Shown here: piece by piece, positions 7,995 through 17,275 of the stretch
Layout of the letters: the number at the start of each line of letters is the position of its first letter
How positions within the stretch are numbered: the first letter of the stretch is position 1
NCBI GenBank assembly: GCA_029838215.1
Contig: JALGVI010000041.1
Coordinates: 1-26,651 of the forward strand
Source: Candidatus Helarchaeota archaeon
GTDB taxonomy: Archaea; Asgardarchaeota; Lokiarchaeia; Helarchaeales; RDOG01
Length of the DNA: 26,651 bases
Direction of reading: 5' to 3'
Program-made: the position numbers and the translations under genes
The notes under the pieces: model-generated
What the model was told of the DNA's origin: nothing
Seen by the model: only the letters and a program-made list of their open reading frames with translations
Database searches by the model: none

Positions 7995-8048
7995 TTAATA
8001 AATTTTTAGATAAGTCGGATAAAAATTTTTTCAGTTAAGTTTTTATAG
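7995..8048. promoter_or_regulatory. Candidate divergent promoter pair with an inverted repeat between the TATA boxes
   Basis: Minus-strand TTTATTAA at 8002-7995 ahead of the CARF gene; plus-strand TTTATAG at 8042-8048. Inverted repeat aaattttta 8000-8008/taaaaattt 8020-8028 with an 11-bp spacer. The region is AT-rich, so chance matches are possible. Confidence 0.4.
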
Positions 8049-8182
8049 TATTGTCTTGTATTAATTTAACTATGGAAAAATATTTTCACTCACCTCTTTT
8101 TCCCATGGAAATTGAGGCTAAACCGCATGGGAGAAAAAGAACCCCAATACCTTTTCGTGGAGAAATTAAATGAGGGATAAAA

Positions 8183-8671
8183 ATGCCAAGCGTGAATACC
8201 AAAAAAATGCCGAAAAAAAGGAAACCCTTGAGCACTTCAACATATAGACGCTTTCGATACAAGCACAAAAAATGTCAAAAGTGCCACAAGCGTTTCAGAG
8301 ATGGAAATCCTCGTGATAAAATGGAGATTCATCATGTCATTCCACTTTCTCAAGGAGGGACGAATACATACTCAAATCTCAGGGCTCTTTGTGGACAATG
8401 TCATTATTTAGAGCATTCAAATGAGTTCACTGAAGAAGAATTCTTCAGCTTGAGACAAGAACGAGAGGAAAGTCCAAAGGCAAGGGTAAAATCACCTTGG
8501 TGGAGAAAAGTTCGTGAAGAGGGAGACCAAATTTCTCCACCTACTTTTTTGCGCAAAGCCGACATTAATAGTTTCAGATATTTCTCTGGGAGAAGAAGTA
8601 TATTAAAAAACGAAACACATATCAAATTAGAAAAAAGAATACGTGAGGATAGATTTGGAGGAGTTTTTTGA
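8183..8671 (+). CDS. HNH endonuclease (McrA-like, Zn-binding)
   Basis: CQKC...EIHHVIPLSQGGTNTYSNLRALCGQCH: two CxxC pairs plus intact H-N-H residues. The stop overlaps the next start (TTGATG). Confidence 0.9.
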   Translation: MPSVNTKKMPKKRKPLSTSTYRRFRYKHKKCQKCHKRFRDGNPRDKMEIHHVIPLSQGGTNTYSNLRALCGQCHYLEHSNEFTEEEFFSLRQEREESPKARVKSPWWRKVREEGDQISPPTFLRKADINSFRYFSGRRSILKNETHIKLEKRIREDRFGGVF

Positions 8672-10365
8672 TGAAAGTATCCTTTTTTGGTGGAGTCCGA
8701 ACCGTTGGCGGAAATTGCGTGATTCTTGAGCACGCACTCAGCGATGAGGAACCATTCCGCATCATGATTGATTTCGGAAAGAACTTTAAAGATTATGACG
8801 ATTATTATGAAGCATTTTTACGACCTCGTGGGATACAACCCTTGAGGGATCAATTAGCCCTTGGATTGCTTCCCAAAATTGACGGAATATATCGAAAAGA
8901 CCTGTTAGGTATCAATGAAAATGCAGAAATTTCTTTGAAAGAAATCATCGAATCCCACAACGTGATGGTACCAAATCATGCCATAGGTAAAGAAGATCTC
9001 GATCTATGGTCAAGCAGCGTGATTAGTTATGAAGATTATAAAAAAGAACATGATGGTAAGCCTTACCTTGATGCAGTTTTGTTATCTCATGCTCACGTGG
9101 ATCATTCTTCAAACATACCATTTTTAGATCCAAACATTCCGATTTATTGTTCAGGCATTACTAGGGCTTATCTTCAAGTAACCGAAGAAATCTCAGCCAA
9201 AGGCATTGAAGCCGAAATCACACGGGCGAAGATCAGGCAGATTTCTACAACATCAAAATCATCATATTTTCCCGGAAGTTATACTTACAAGGCACCTAAA
9301 AAAGGTGAATTAATAAAAAGGAAGTTTGTTGAAACTACTAATGGTTCTGAAATTCAGATCGAAAAAACGCCTTTTCATGTTAAAGTATTAGAAACAGACC
9401 ATTCAATTCTCGGCTCGCAGGCATTTCTCGTTTTTGTAAATGAACCGGATAGAAAATCCGTGTTCTATACGGGCGATTTGAGATTTCACGGACGAAAAGA
9501 AGACGTTACGGAGAATTTTTTCAGGGATACCGCAGACCTTTCTCCAGACTGCTTGATAATCGAAGGAACAAGGATTACTAGTAATAAACCCGATAATGAA
9601 CACATTGTTGAAGAACGATGCGCGGAAATTATCAAGGAAAGTCCGGGTCTCGTGGTGATTGGATTCTCATGGAGAGATGTAAACAGGTTCGAAACAATCC
9701 TTAATGCAATTCGAAAAAGCAACAGTGAACGCATTTTTGTCATTTCTTCAAAATTGAATTTCCTTTTAAACCGACTAAAGAGCCTCAAAATCAAGGACGT
9801 GCAATTCCTTAACGAAATCCAGCCAGGACAAGTCATGCCTTATTTACCCAGGAAAGCAAGTGGATTTTACACGCTCGGTGACTACGTATATTCGAAACAC
9901 GATGTTGGTTTTGATATCACGTGGGAAAGGGGCAGTAAGACAAGAGAAGCAAGGTCTAATACGTCCCTGTATTATGAATCCATTCGTGCTTATGAGATTG
10001 CACGAAACCCGTCCAAGTTTGTCTTGTTTCTTGATTATTATGATTTTAATGAGCTCATTGACATCTTTAATGAAAAACTCATCACAAGGGCTGATAGCAT
10101 TTATATTGGAGCCATAAGTGAGTATGTTCTTAAAGAAAACAATGGACGGTTACAGAATTGGCTTCGCCACTTTAAAATCAGCGACGATTTACAATTCCAA
10201 GTTCATGCTTCAGGTCACGCCTGCAGAGATGATCTTTTTAAGATAATTTCAAACATGAAACCGAAAAAAGTATTCCCAATTCATACCGAGAAACCGGAAG
10301 AATTTGAGGTCGTTCCCCATAATGTTATAAGCAACATAAAGATTGGTAAGAAATATGAAATCTAA
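8671..10365 (+). CDS. MBL-fold beta-CASP nuclease (RNase J-like)
   Basis: FFGGVRTVGGN, DFG, SHAHVDH (HxHxDH), HS, YTGDLRFHG, IIEGT, HASGH and PIHTE motifs; RBS ggaggag 8657-8663. Confidence 0.85.
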   Translation: MKVSFFGGVRTVGGNCVILEHALSDEEPFRIMIDFGKNFKDYDDYYEAFLRPRGIQPLRDQLALGLLPKIDGIYRKDLLGINENAEISLKEIIESHNVMVPNHAIGKEDLDLWSSSVISYEDYKKEHDGKPYLDAVLLSHAHVDHSSNIPFLDPNIPIYCSGITRAYLQVTEEISAKGIEAEITRAKIRQISTTSKSSYFPGSYTYKAPKKGELIKRKFVETTNGSEIQIEKTPFHVKVLETDHSILGSQAFLVFVNEPDRKSVFYTGDLRFHGRKEDVTENFFRDTADLSPDCLIIEGTRITSNKPDNEHIVEERCAEIIKESPGLVVIGFSWRDVNRFETILNAIRKSNSERIFVISSKLNFLLNRLKSLKIKDVQFLNEIQPGQVMPYLPRKASGFYTLGDYVYSKHDVGFDITWERGSKTREARSNTSLYYESIRAYEIARNPSKFVLFLDYYDFNELIDIFNEKLITRADSIYIGAISEYVLKENNGRLQNWLRHFKISDDLQFQVHASGHACRDDLFKIISNMKPKKVFPIHTEKPEEFEVVPHNVISNIKIGKKYEI

Positions 10366-11458
10366 AGAAGAATTAACCGAAAAGAAGAATTGGACTGCAA
10401 ATTCCTTCGATTTTGTTTACGATGAAGGGCTGATGGAAAAAGCAAAAAAAGAAGCTAAAAAAATCATTGAGAATTACACCAAGTTTCTTGAAAACGTCAA
10501 GAACATGAAATTCGAATACAATCCAATCGAATGCGAGGAAAAATTTCGCAAGATAGCCGCGCTTGACGGTGGAGAGGGGCTTGAGAATCTGTTTGCATCA
10601 AGCATAATCGTGACTCGTGCAGGGGGTGCAGTATTCGAACCATCAAAACGAATCCAGCCGGTCAAACTGTATGACATGTTCATTTCTTCATTAACAGCCG
10701 ATGTTGATAAATTCTCCAATTTATTGCGGGACATTGCAGAATTTAAATTAGCGGATCAATTATTAGATTACAAGCCGGAAATACTCATAATGGATGGTTC
10801 TTTGGTTGGTTACTACAATAGGGGATTACCCTTGCAAGTTTTAGGTTACTTAAACGTTCCAACGGACGAGAAACCGATACTTGAATACATCGAGCAATAT
10901 AAAAATTATGCAAAGTTATTTGACAAGATACTCAAGCGTTGCAGGAAAGAAAATATCATAATAATGGGAGTTTCCAAGGATTCACGCGTCCGATATTTAG
11001 TGAACAAATATAAACTCGATAAAACACTTACGGACTACGGTCTAATTCAATTAAAAATGAAAAAATCAGGATATACACCCCCAATCCAAGCAACACCCCG
11101 CAAGATGGGCATGATTCGAAGAGATGCCATTCAAGAATTCTTTCTAAAAGAAGGTTTGTTTGAAGAGGACCTTGCAGAATTTCAAATTTCATATTTCAAG
11201 CTAAAAGATAGAACAAGACCAGTTAGAGTTGATTTTCCGACTTGGCAGGAAGATCGGTTCGATGAAATAGTCTCTGTCATGAAAACATATCACGATGACC
11301 AAGGTTTTCTATTAACGGCCCATTTGGTCCATAATTGGGCGGTAATGAATGACGAGATAAAAACAAACGTGATTAATGTAATAAAAAGCGAGATTTTAGA
11401 GTCAGATCCCATGATTTATGAGGCAATTTTCAGTGATCAAAGAAGAATGAATATTTAG
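10355..11458 (+). CDS. nurA: DNA double-strand break repair nuclease NurA (copy 1)
   Basis: AALDGG, RDIAE, IMDGSL, GVSKDS and C-terminal LTAHLVH motifs; lies directly upstream of herA. The ORF track starts at 10343. Confidence 0.85.
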   Translation: MKSKEELTEKKNWTANSFDFVYDEGLMEKAKKEAKKIIENYTKFLENVKNMKFEYNPIECEEKFRKIAALDGGEGLENLFASSIIVTRAGGAVFEPSKRIQPVKLYDMFISSLTADVDKFSNLLRDIAEFKLADQLLDYKPEILIMDGSLVGYYNRGLPLQVLGYLNVPTDEKPILEYIEQYKNYAKLFDKILKRCRKENIIIMGVSKDSRVRYLVNKYKLDKTLTDYGLIQLKMKKSGYTPPIQATPRKMGMIRRDAIQEFFLKEGLFEEDLAEFQISYFKLKDRTRPVRVDFPTWQEDRFDEIVSVMKTYHDDQGFLLTAHLVHNWAVMNDEIKTNVINVIKSEILESDPMIYEAIFSDQRRMNI

Positions 11459-11468
11459 AGGTAGGAAA

Positions 11469-13109
11469 ATGTCAAAAACAGAATTGATTGGTAATTTATT
11501 TGGAATGACAACACCCATTGAGGTCAAAATCATCCTAGATCCAAACGTGACTCGAACCAAACCGGTCGAAATCGGTGAATACATCACGATTGGTTATCCA
11601 AAAGAAGTCCTTAAAGAAGAGGTACTTGCTCTCATAACGGATGTTGGTTTGTTAAATGAAAGCATTCCCGACTCCTTGATGAAATCACCAGAGAGTTATA
11701 AAAAACTCGAGCGTTTAGGTGATTTTTCAGGGGGAGAAAAATTACTTGCAAGTGCCAGAATCATTGGCTATTACGATGAAAAGGAAAAAACATTGAAGTC
11801 GCCACGCTTTCCTTCAGTTCCAGGCGCGAAGGTCTATCGGTCCAATATCGATATCTTGAGAAAAGTCTTCTCCGCAGGTCAGGTTCGGATTGGACATCTT
11901 CGTGCACATCCTGACGTAGAAGTTACAGTTGATGTAAATGAATTGGTTCGACGGCATACTTGCATCTTGGCAATAACGGGTGCGGGAAAGGGAAATACCG
12001 TGGCAGTATTATCCACGCGAATTCTGAAATTAAACGGAAGCATAATAATAATTGACCCTCACGAAGAATATCCCAGCCTGCGAGAGTTTGAAGATTTCAA
12101 TGATAAAGTGGTTGTTTTTTCACCGTCTGGAGACACCTCTAAGGGCTACTTTCCTCTCAAGTTTAAATGGAGCAATTTCTCAACGGAAGAGTTGTTCGAA
12201 ATTTTCGAAATAAAGGAAAACGCAACCAAGCAACAAGCCCTCATTCGTGAAGTTCTTGACGTGTTGGAAGATCAAGAATGGGATTTGGACCAATTTAAAT
12301 TCGAACTGGGACGAGTAGAATTACCTGAAGAAGATGATGAGGAAGAAGGGAAAAAGAAAAAGAAGAAAGATCGTTTTAAAGGTGTTAGGCCTGTAGTTTT
12401 GGACCATATTAAGGGTCTTAAAGCACAAGAAATCTTCGATAAAAGAATGGAAACACCAATCGTGGACGAAACAGGTCCGTGTTTTGTCAAGCCAGGTCAA
12501 ATAACAGTAATAAGTGTATCGAACCTCCCGCAAAGAGTGCAACAAGTAGTAGTCGCACGATTAGCAAAGAAAATTTATGAAGCAGGTGTTGCTTGGCGGA
12601 GAAAGATAAGTGATAAAACACAACTTCCTTGTCCAACCTACATGATCATCGAAGAAGCTCACAATTTCATTCCCGCCCGTGGAAGTTCCCGTTCATTAGC
12701 ACCAATTGCCCGAATAGCTGCAGAGGGGCGAAAATTTGGAGTTGGTCTTTGCGTGGTAAGTCAGCGTCCCGGAAAAATCGAACCGAACATATTAAGCCAG
12801 TGCAATTCTCAGATTATCCTAAAGATAGTAAACCCTGAAGACCAATCCCAGATTCGACGTTCAGCAGAAGCGATGAGCGACGATCTACTTGCCGATCTTC
12901 CGAGCTTGAATAAAGGCGAGGCAGTAATAATTGGGTCTTGTTTACTTTTACCTGCATTAGTAAAAATTGACAAGTTTACAGGAGAGTTAGGCGGTGATGA
13001 TATTAACATCATTGGAGAATGGAAATCCACGGCACTTAAAAATGACAAAAGTGAAGATCCCGGTCCGGATTATACTAAAAATAAGAAAATTGAACGGAGA
13101 ACGTGGTAA
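11469..13109 (+). CDS. herA: HerA helicase/translocase (HAS barrel plus DUF87 ATPase), copy 1
   Basis: N-terminal HAS-barrel region, ELVRRHTCILAITGAGKGNT (Walker A), IIDPHEEY, MIIEEAHNF (Walker B), AEGRKFG, SQRP and SQCN motifs. Confidence 0.92.
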   Translation: MSKTELIGNLFGMTTPIEVKIILDPNVTRTKPVEIGEYITIGYPKEVLKEEVLALITDVGLLNESIPDSLMKSPESYKKLERLGDFSGGEKLLASARIIGYYDEKEKTLKSPRFPSVPGAKVYRSNIDILRKVFSAGQVRIGHLRAHPDVEVTVDVNELVRRHTCILAITGAGKGNTVAVLSTRILKLNGSIIIIDPHEEYPSLREFEDFNDKVVVFSPSGDTSKGYFPLKFKWSNFSTEELFEIFEIKENATKQQALIREVLDVLEDQEWDLDQFKFELGRVELPEEDDEEEGKKKKKKDRFKGVRPVVLDHIKGLKAQEIFDKRMETPIVDETGPCFVKPGQITVISVSNLPQRVQQVVVARLAKKIYEAGVAWRRKISDKTQLPCPTYMIIEEAHNFIPARGSSRSLAPIARIAAEGRKFGVGLCVVSQRPGKIEPNILSQCNSQIILKIVNPEDQSQIRRSAEAMSDDLLADLPSLNKGEAVIIGSCLLLPALVKIDKFTGELGGDDINIIGEWKSTALKNDKSEDPGPDYTKNKKIERRTW

Positions 13110-14462
13110 ATGATCGTGAAATGGGGTCACTTTTCAGACACGCATCTTGGTTATCGGCAGTATGGCTTGAAGGAGCGCATGAACGATTTCTATAACTCCG
13201 CCAGAACTTGTGCTGAACTCATCATCAAGCAAGAACCTGATTTCGTAATTTTCGCAGGAGATCTCTTTGAGAATTTCAGACCATTACCCGTGGATTATAG
13301 ATCAGCTTTCGAGCTCCTTAAATTATTCAAGAAGAAGGACATTCCAGTCTATGCTATTCGAGGCAATCACGATGCATCATACGCGGCTTCAAAAAGATAC
13401 GGAGGAGATGTCCTTGATTTTTTGCACGACATCAATTTAATAACTTACGTTCAAGATGAAGTCATCATCGCAAAAAAAGGAGAAAAAGACCTTGCAATTA
13501 TCGCAGGTTTAGGGTATTACGGCAAGCGAACCTCAAAACGGTTACAAGAATTGTTAAATGATAATAAAGTACTCTTGCAACGGCAAGACCTTCCAAAAAT
13601 ACTCATGATTCACGCATTTGTTGAAGGAATGGTTCCAGATACTAAAGAAGACGTGAAAATGTACTTCTTGAGTCAGTTACCCTTTGACTACATTGCCATT
13701 GGGCATTATCACCAGCTTTGGCCCAGTGATTTTGACAAACCTGGCAACAAATTTTTCTGTTCTGGTTCCACGGAACATTGGAGCGCAGGCGAATGGGATG
13801 AAAAGGAGGGAAATCTCTCAAAAGGGTCGAAAAAGGGTTTTTACACGGTAGAAGCAGAAAAGAACGGAAGTGAATGGAAAATTAGACCTTCTTTAACCGA
13901 ATATCCTGTTCGTCCAAAATTCTACGCCCATTACGATTTGAAATTCACGAATCCTAAAAAAATAAGGTCAACAATCAAGGAATTTTTAGATAAGTATGAT
14001 AAAAAAGACCATCTATTAAAGATGAATTTAAGGGGACAATTGAAAAGAGGCGATTTGGCACTCCTCAACATGATGGAGTTAAAAGACATGGCAAATAACG
14101 CCTTATATTTTGATTTAATAACTCAATTCATGGATTCTTCGTATGATATCGAACGTGGATTATCGACTCGAGATGCCATAATAGATATCTTGAGAAAAAA
14201 TTATGGTCTAAAAAACGAAGATTTGGATGAATATACGTCGTTAATTGAAGATATATTGAGTATTGTTAACGATAAAGAGTTTTCTTCGAAGAGCATCGAA
14301 AGAATTAAAGCATCAGTCCCAAAAATGTCAGTAATCCTAGGTGATGATTTAGATGACAAACCCAAGAAAAAGACAACTAGAAAAACGAAAGTAAAAAAAA
14401 TAAAAAGAAGCAAGAAGAAATCGGGCTCAAAAACAAAGAAATCATTGGAGGGATTCATTTGA
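13110..14462 (+). CDS. mre11: DNA repair exonuclease Mre11
   Basis: Phosphoesterase motifs SDTHLG, AGDLFE, RGNHD, MIH and GHYH; Lys-rich C-terminal tail; starts immediately after the herA stop (TAAATG). Confidence 0.93.
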   Translation: MIVKWGHFSDTHLGYRQYGLKERMNDFYNSARTCAELIIKQEPDFVIFAGDLFENFRPLPVDYRSAFELLKLFKKKDIPVYAIRGNHDASYAASKRYGGDVLDFLHDINLITYVQDEVIIAKKGEKDLAIIAGLGYYGKRTSKRLQELLNDNKVLLQRQDLPKILMIHAFVEGMVPDTKEDVKMYFLSQLPFDYIAIGHYHQLWPSDFDKPGNKFFCSGSTEHWSAGEWDEKEGNLSKGSKKGFYTVEAEKNGSEWKIRPSLTEYPVRPKFYAHYDLKFTNPKKIRSTIKEFLDKYDKKDHLLKMNLRGQLKRGDLALLNMMELKDMANNALYFDLITQFMDSSYDIERGLSTRDAIIDILRKNYGLKNEDLDEYTSLIEDILSIVNDKEFSSKSIERIKASVPKMSVILGDDLDDKPKKKTTRKTKVKKIKRSKKKSGSKTKKSLEGFI

Positions 14463-17254
14463 TTCAATTGAATAAGTTAATACTTGAAAATTTCAAGTCC
14501 TATAAGAAGCAAGAAATTACTTTTTTTGATGGATATAACTTTCTCATCGGAAAAAATGGTGCGGGAAAATCCACGGTTTTAGAAGCAATAATATTTGCAT
14601 TTTTCGGGAGGGTTAAGAATAGAGATAAGACCATAAAAAATGATGATTTAATCAGGCGAGGAACGACTTCTTTTCAAGTCATATTGGAATTCACATTAAA
14701 TGGAAATCAGTATAAAGTCGTTCGGACAAATAAATTGAAGGCGAAAGAAGCCGAAGCCCAACTATATCATGATGGAAGTCTCTTGGCTGAAAAAGCACGA
14801 ACCGTAACTAGGGAAATAGAGGAATTATTGAGAATAGACAGGGATACGTTTCAAAACGTGGTCCACGTGGGACAAGGCGAAATTCCCGAGATTGCTACAA
14901 AGCAAGCAGGAAAACGAAAAGAATTATTTGATCGCTTTCTCCAATTGGATCGATACGACAAAATGCACTCAAGTCTTCAACCAGCTCAAAAGGAACTCGA
15001 AATTCAAATAGATTCCATAAAAGAGACCATAAATGATTTGAAAAAAGATACGGAAGATTATGAAGAAAATAAGACGAAGTTAAAAGAAGAAGAAAATCAA
15101 CTCGAAAACCTGAGAGTTGAGGAAGCAAAATTGAAAGAAGAAAAGCAGAGCATCGAGAAAAAACTAGCGGAAGAAAAGGCAAAAAAAGAAGAAATTGATA
15201 AACAAGAAGCAAGGTTAAAAGAAATCTCGGATCAATTTAAGAGGATAAAAGAAAACATAAAGAAAAAGCAGGAAGAATTGGCGGATATTGGAGAAGATAA
15301 GATACCTGACACGGTCAAGGAATTGAAACAGCTTGAATCTAAATTAACAGACAAAAAATCAAAACTTGAGGAAGAAGATAAATCCTGCAATCTAAAAATC
15401 GAAGGGCTCAAGCAAATTCAAACGGAAATTGTCATGCTTCAAGAAGAACTTGAAAGAAATGAAGAGTCTTTAAATAAAATTCAGTCATACTTGAGAGAAA
15501 AAGTCAAGGAAATAAAGAAGCACGATTCGTCTTTCAAAGAAGAATCAACAACAGAAAAATTAACCGAATATGAAACGAAACTTTCGAAAATTGATAAAAA
15601 ACTCTCAGGATTAAATGTTAAAATTGAACAGGTCCGAATACTTGAAAATCAAGTTTTAGAAATCAACCTTAAGATCAAAAATTTTCAGGAAAATCAGGAC
15701 AAATCGGTCAAGGAATCGGAAGAGTGCAAGAAACAATTAAATAAGCTCAATCCCAGATGGAAAAGTTTTCTAAAAGACAACTCGGAAGAACAAATAAAAA
15801 ATAAGATTGAATCATTAGATACAAAGTTGAATGATTTAAATGAAAGAATTTCACGTGTCACGGGATCCAAAGAAGCTTTAATTGCGAGACTGAATGAATT
15901 AAAAGACGAGAGGAAGTCTGTTGAAGAATTAAAGGAGGGAGCGAAATGTACGTCTTGCAAGCAAACCATAAACAAAAAACATAAGGAAAAAGTGTTGGAA
16001 GCTATCGACATTCAAATTGACGGAAAGGAAAAAGAACTACAAAAAGAATCAGCGGAAGAAAAGAGATTAAATATAGAAAAAAACGAAATTCAAGAACAAT
16101 TACGGGTAGCAAGAGATAATGAATCAAATTTTTTGAAGATCAAGCCGCTTCAAGAGAAATTAGAAGCAGCATTACAAGATGCTGAAACCAATAGAGTCCG
16201 GATTGAAGAGCTTAAAATAGAATTGATCAGAATTAAGATTGACGAAGATTCAAAAGTCTTAGAAGACCAAATAGAGAAATGCAGAAATGAAAAAAAACGT
16301 TTTGAAACATTAATCTCGGCAATTCAAGTCATATTGACATACATGAAGCAACGAGATGACGTGCAAAAACAAATAAAAGATAAAAAAATCCAGATTGAGA
16401 AAAAAGAAAAAGAATTTGATGCTGATGAATTGTCCAAATTGGAAAAGCGCGCAAATGAGCTAGATCAAAGCGTCAAAGATCTAATAGGTCATATTAAGTC
16501 AATTACGGAATTATCGAACAGAATCACGGAAAGGAATGAGGTTCAGGGAAAAATGAACGAAGTAATAAAGGCAATTACTAAAATATCAATGACTTTCGAC
16601 TTAGATGCATTTAACCAATTACAAGAAGAAGAAAAGAAAGTAAGTAGCGACCTTACGGAACATACAACTAAAATTCAGACAATTGAGAAAAAAGTCTTAC
16701 CCCAAATGAAAGACAAAATTAAAAGCCAAGAGGATAAATTAAAAAAACTAAAAGAAAAAGAAAAGAAACTCATCATTGACGAAAAGACATACAAGATAAT
16801 CAAGTTTTTACGCGTGTTCACGCGGGAAATAACGCCGGTTCTGCGTTTACAGCACATTCAAAAAATTTCACAGAAGGCCACGGAATTTTTCTCAAATTTA
16901 ATCAATTCAAGTGAATATGGTGCAATTGAAATAAGCCCAAATTATGACCTTTTAATTCAGCGATATGGTATTGCAGAAGACATCACCAATCTGAGCGGTG
17001 GAGAGCAAGTGATTGCTTGTTTGGCAATACGAATGGCAATTGCAGAGGTTCTTGCCAAGCAGGGATTGATACTCTTGGATGAACCCACGGTTTTTCTCGA
17101 TGAAACGAGAATTGAGGCATTGGGCAACATTTTTCAACAGTTTAGACCGGTAAAACAGATGATCGCTGTTACACACGACGAGAGATTTATGACGATCGCC
17201 GATTATTCGATGGTGGTGGAAAAAGAAAAGAGACAATCAGTTGTCCGCATCTAA
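14459..17254 (+). CDS. rad50: Rad50 SMC-family ATPase
   Basis: Walker A GKNGAGKS, Q-loop VGQGE, long coiled coils with a central CTSC Zn-hook (about 15947), signature LSGGE, Walker B/D-loop LLDEPT and H-loop VTHD. TTG start overlaps the mre11 stop. Confidence 0.95.
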   Translation: MIQLNKLILENFKSYKKQEITFFDGYNFLIGKNGAGKSTVLEAIIFAFFGRVKNRDKTIKNDDLIRRGTTSFQVILEFTLNGNQYKVVRTNKLKAKEAEAQLYHDGSLLAEKARTVTREIEELLRIDRDTFQNVVHVGQGEIPEIATKQAGKRKELFDRFLQLDRYDKMHSSLQPAQKELEIQIDSIKETINDLKKDTEDYEENKTKLKEEENQLENLRVEEAKLKEEKQSIEKKLAEEKAKKEEIDKQEARLKEISDQFKRIKENIKKKQEELADIGEDKIPDTVKELKQLESKLTDKKSKLEEEDKSCNLKIEGLKQIQTEIVMLQEELERNEESLNKIQSYLREKVKEIKKHDSSFKEESTTEKLTEYETKLSKIDKKLSGLNVKIEQVRILENQVLEINLKIKNFQENQDKSVKESEECKKQLNKLNPRWKSFLKDNSEEQIKNKIESLDTKLNDLNERISRVTGSKEALIARLNELKDERKSVEELKEGAKCTSCKQTINKKHKEKVLEAIDIQIDGKEKELQKESAEEKRLNIEKNEIQEQLRVARDNESNFLKIKPLQEKLEAALQDAETNRVRIEELKIELIRIKIDEDSKVLEDQIEKCRNEKKRFETLISAIQVILTYMKQRDDVQKQIKDKKIQIEKKEKEFDADELSKLEKRANELDQSVKDLIGHIKSITELSNRITERNEVQGKMNEVIKAITKISMTFDLDAFNQLQEEEKKVSSDLTEHTTKIQTIEKKVLPQMKDKIKSQEDKLKKLKEKEKKLIIDEKTYKIIKFLRVFTREITPVLRLQHIQKISQKATEFFSNLINSSEYGAIEISPNYDLLIQRYGIAEDITNLSGGEQVIACLAIRMAIAEVLAKQGLILLDEPTVFLDETRIEALGNIFQQFRPVKQMIAVTHDERFMTIADYSMVVEKEKRQSVVRI

Positions 17255-17275
17255 AATTAAATCGGTGAAAATGAG

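Noticed and set aside
8086-8733. Minus-strand ORFs 8086-8268 and 8404-8733
   Set aside because: Antisense shadows of the HNH gene, which has a complete motif set.
15000-16800. Apparent repetitiveness (gaagaa/aaagaa runs) as a tandem repeat or CRISPR array
   Set aside because: Explained by Glu/Lys codons of the Rad50 coiled coil; no fixed-length repeat-spacer periodicity seen anywhere in the window by eye.
14895-17236. Several F/L/S-rich minus-strand ORFs inside rad50, and similar ones inside the AAA+, vWA and herA genes
   Set aside because: Expected antisense products of K/E-rich, A-rich coding strands; no independent signals.
14459-17254. Interpreting the SMC-like ATPase as a Wadjet JetC or Lamassu LmuB defence ATPase
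   Set aside because: A central CxxC Zn-hook and an adjacent Mre11 with nurA/herA identify it as Rad50; no jetA/B/D or lmuA/C-like neighbours.
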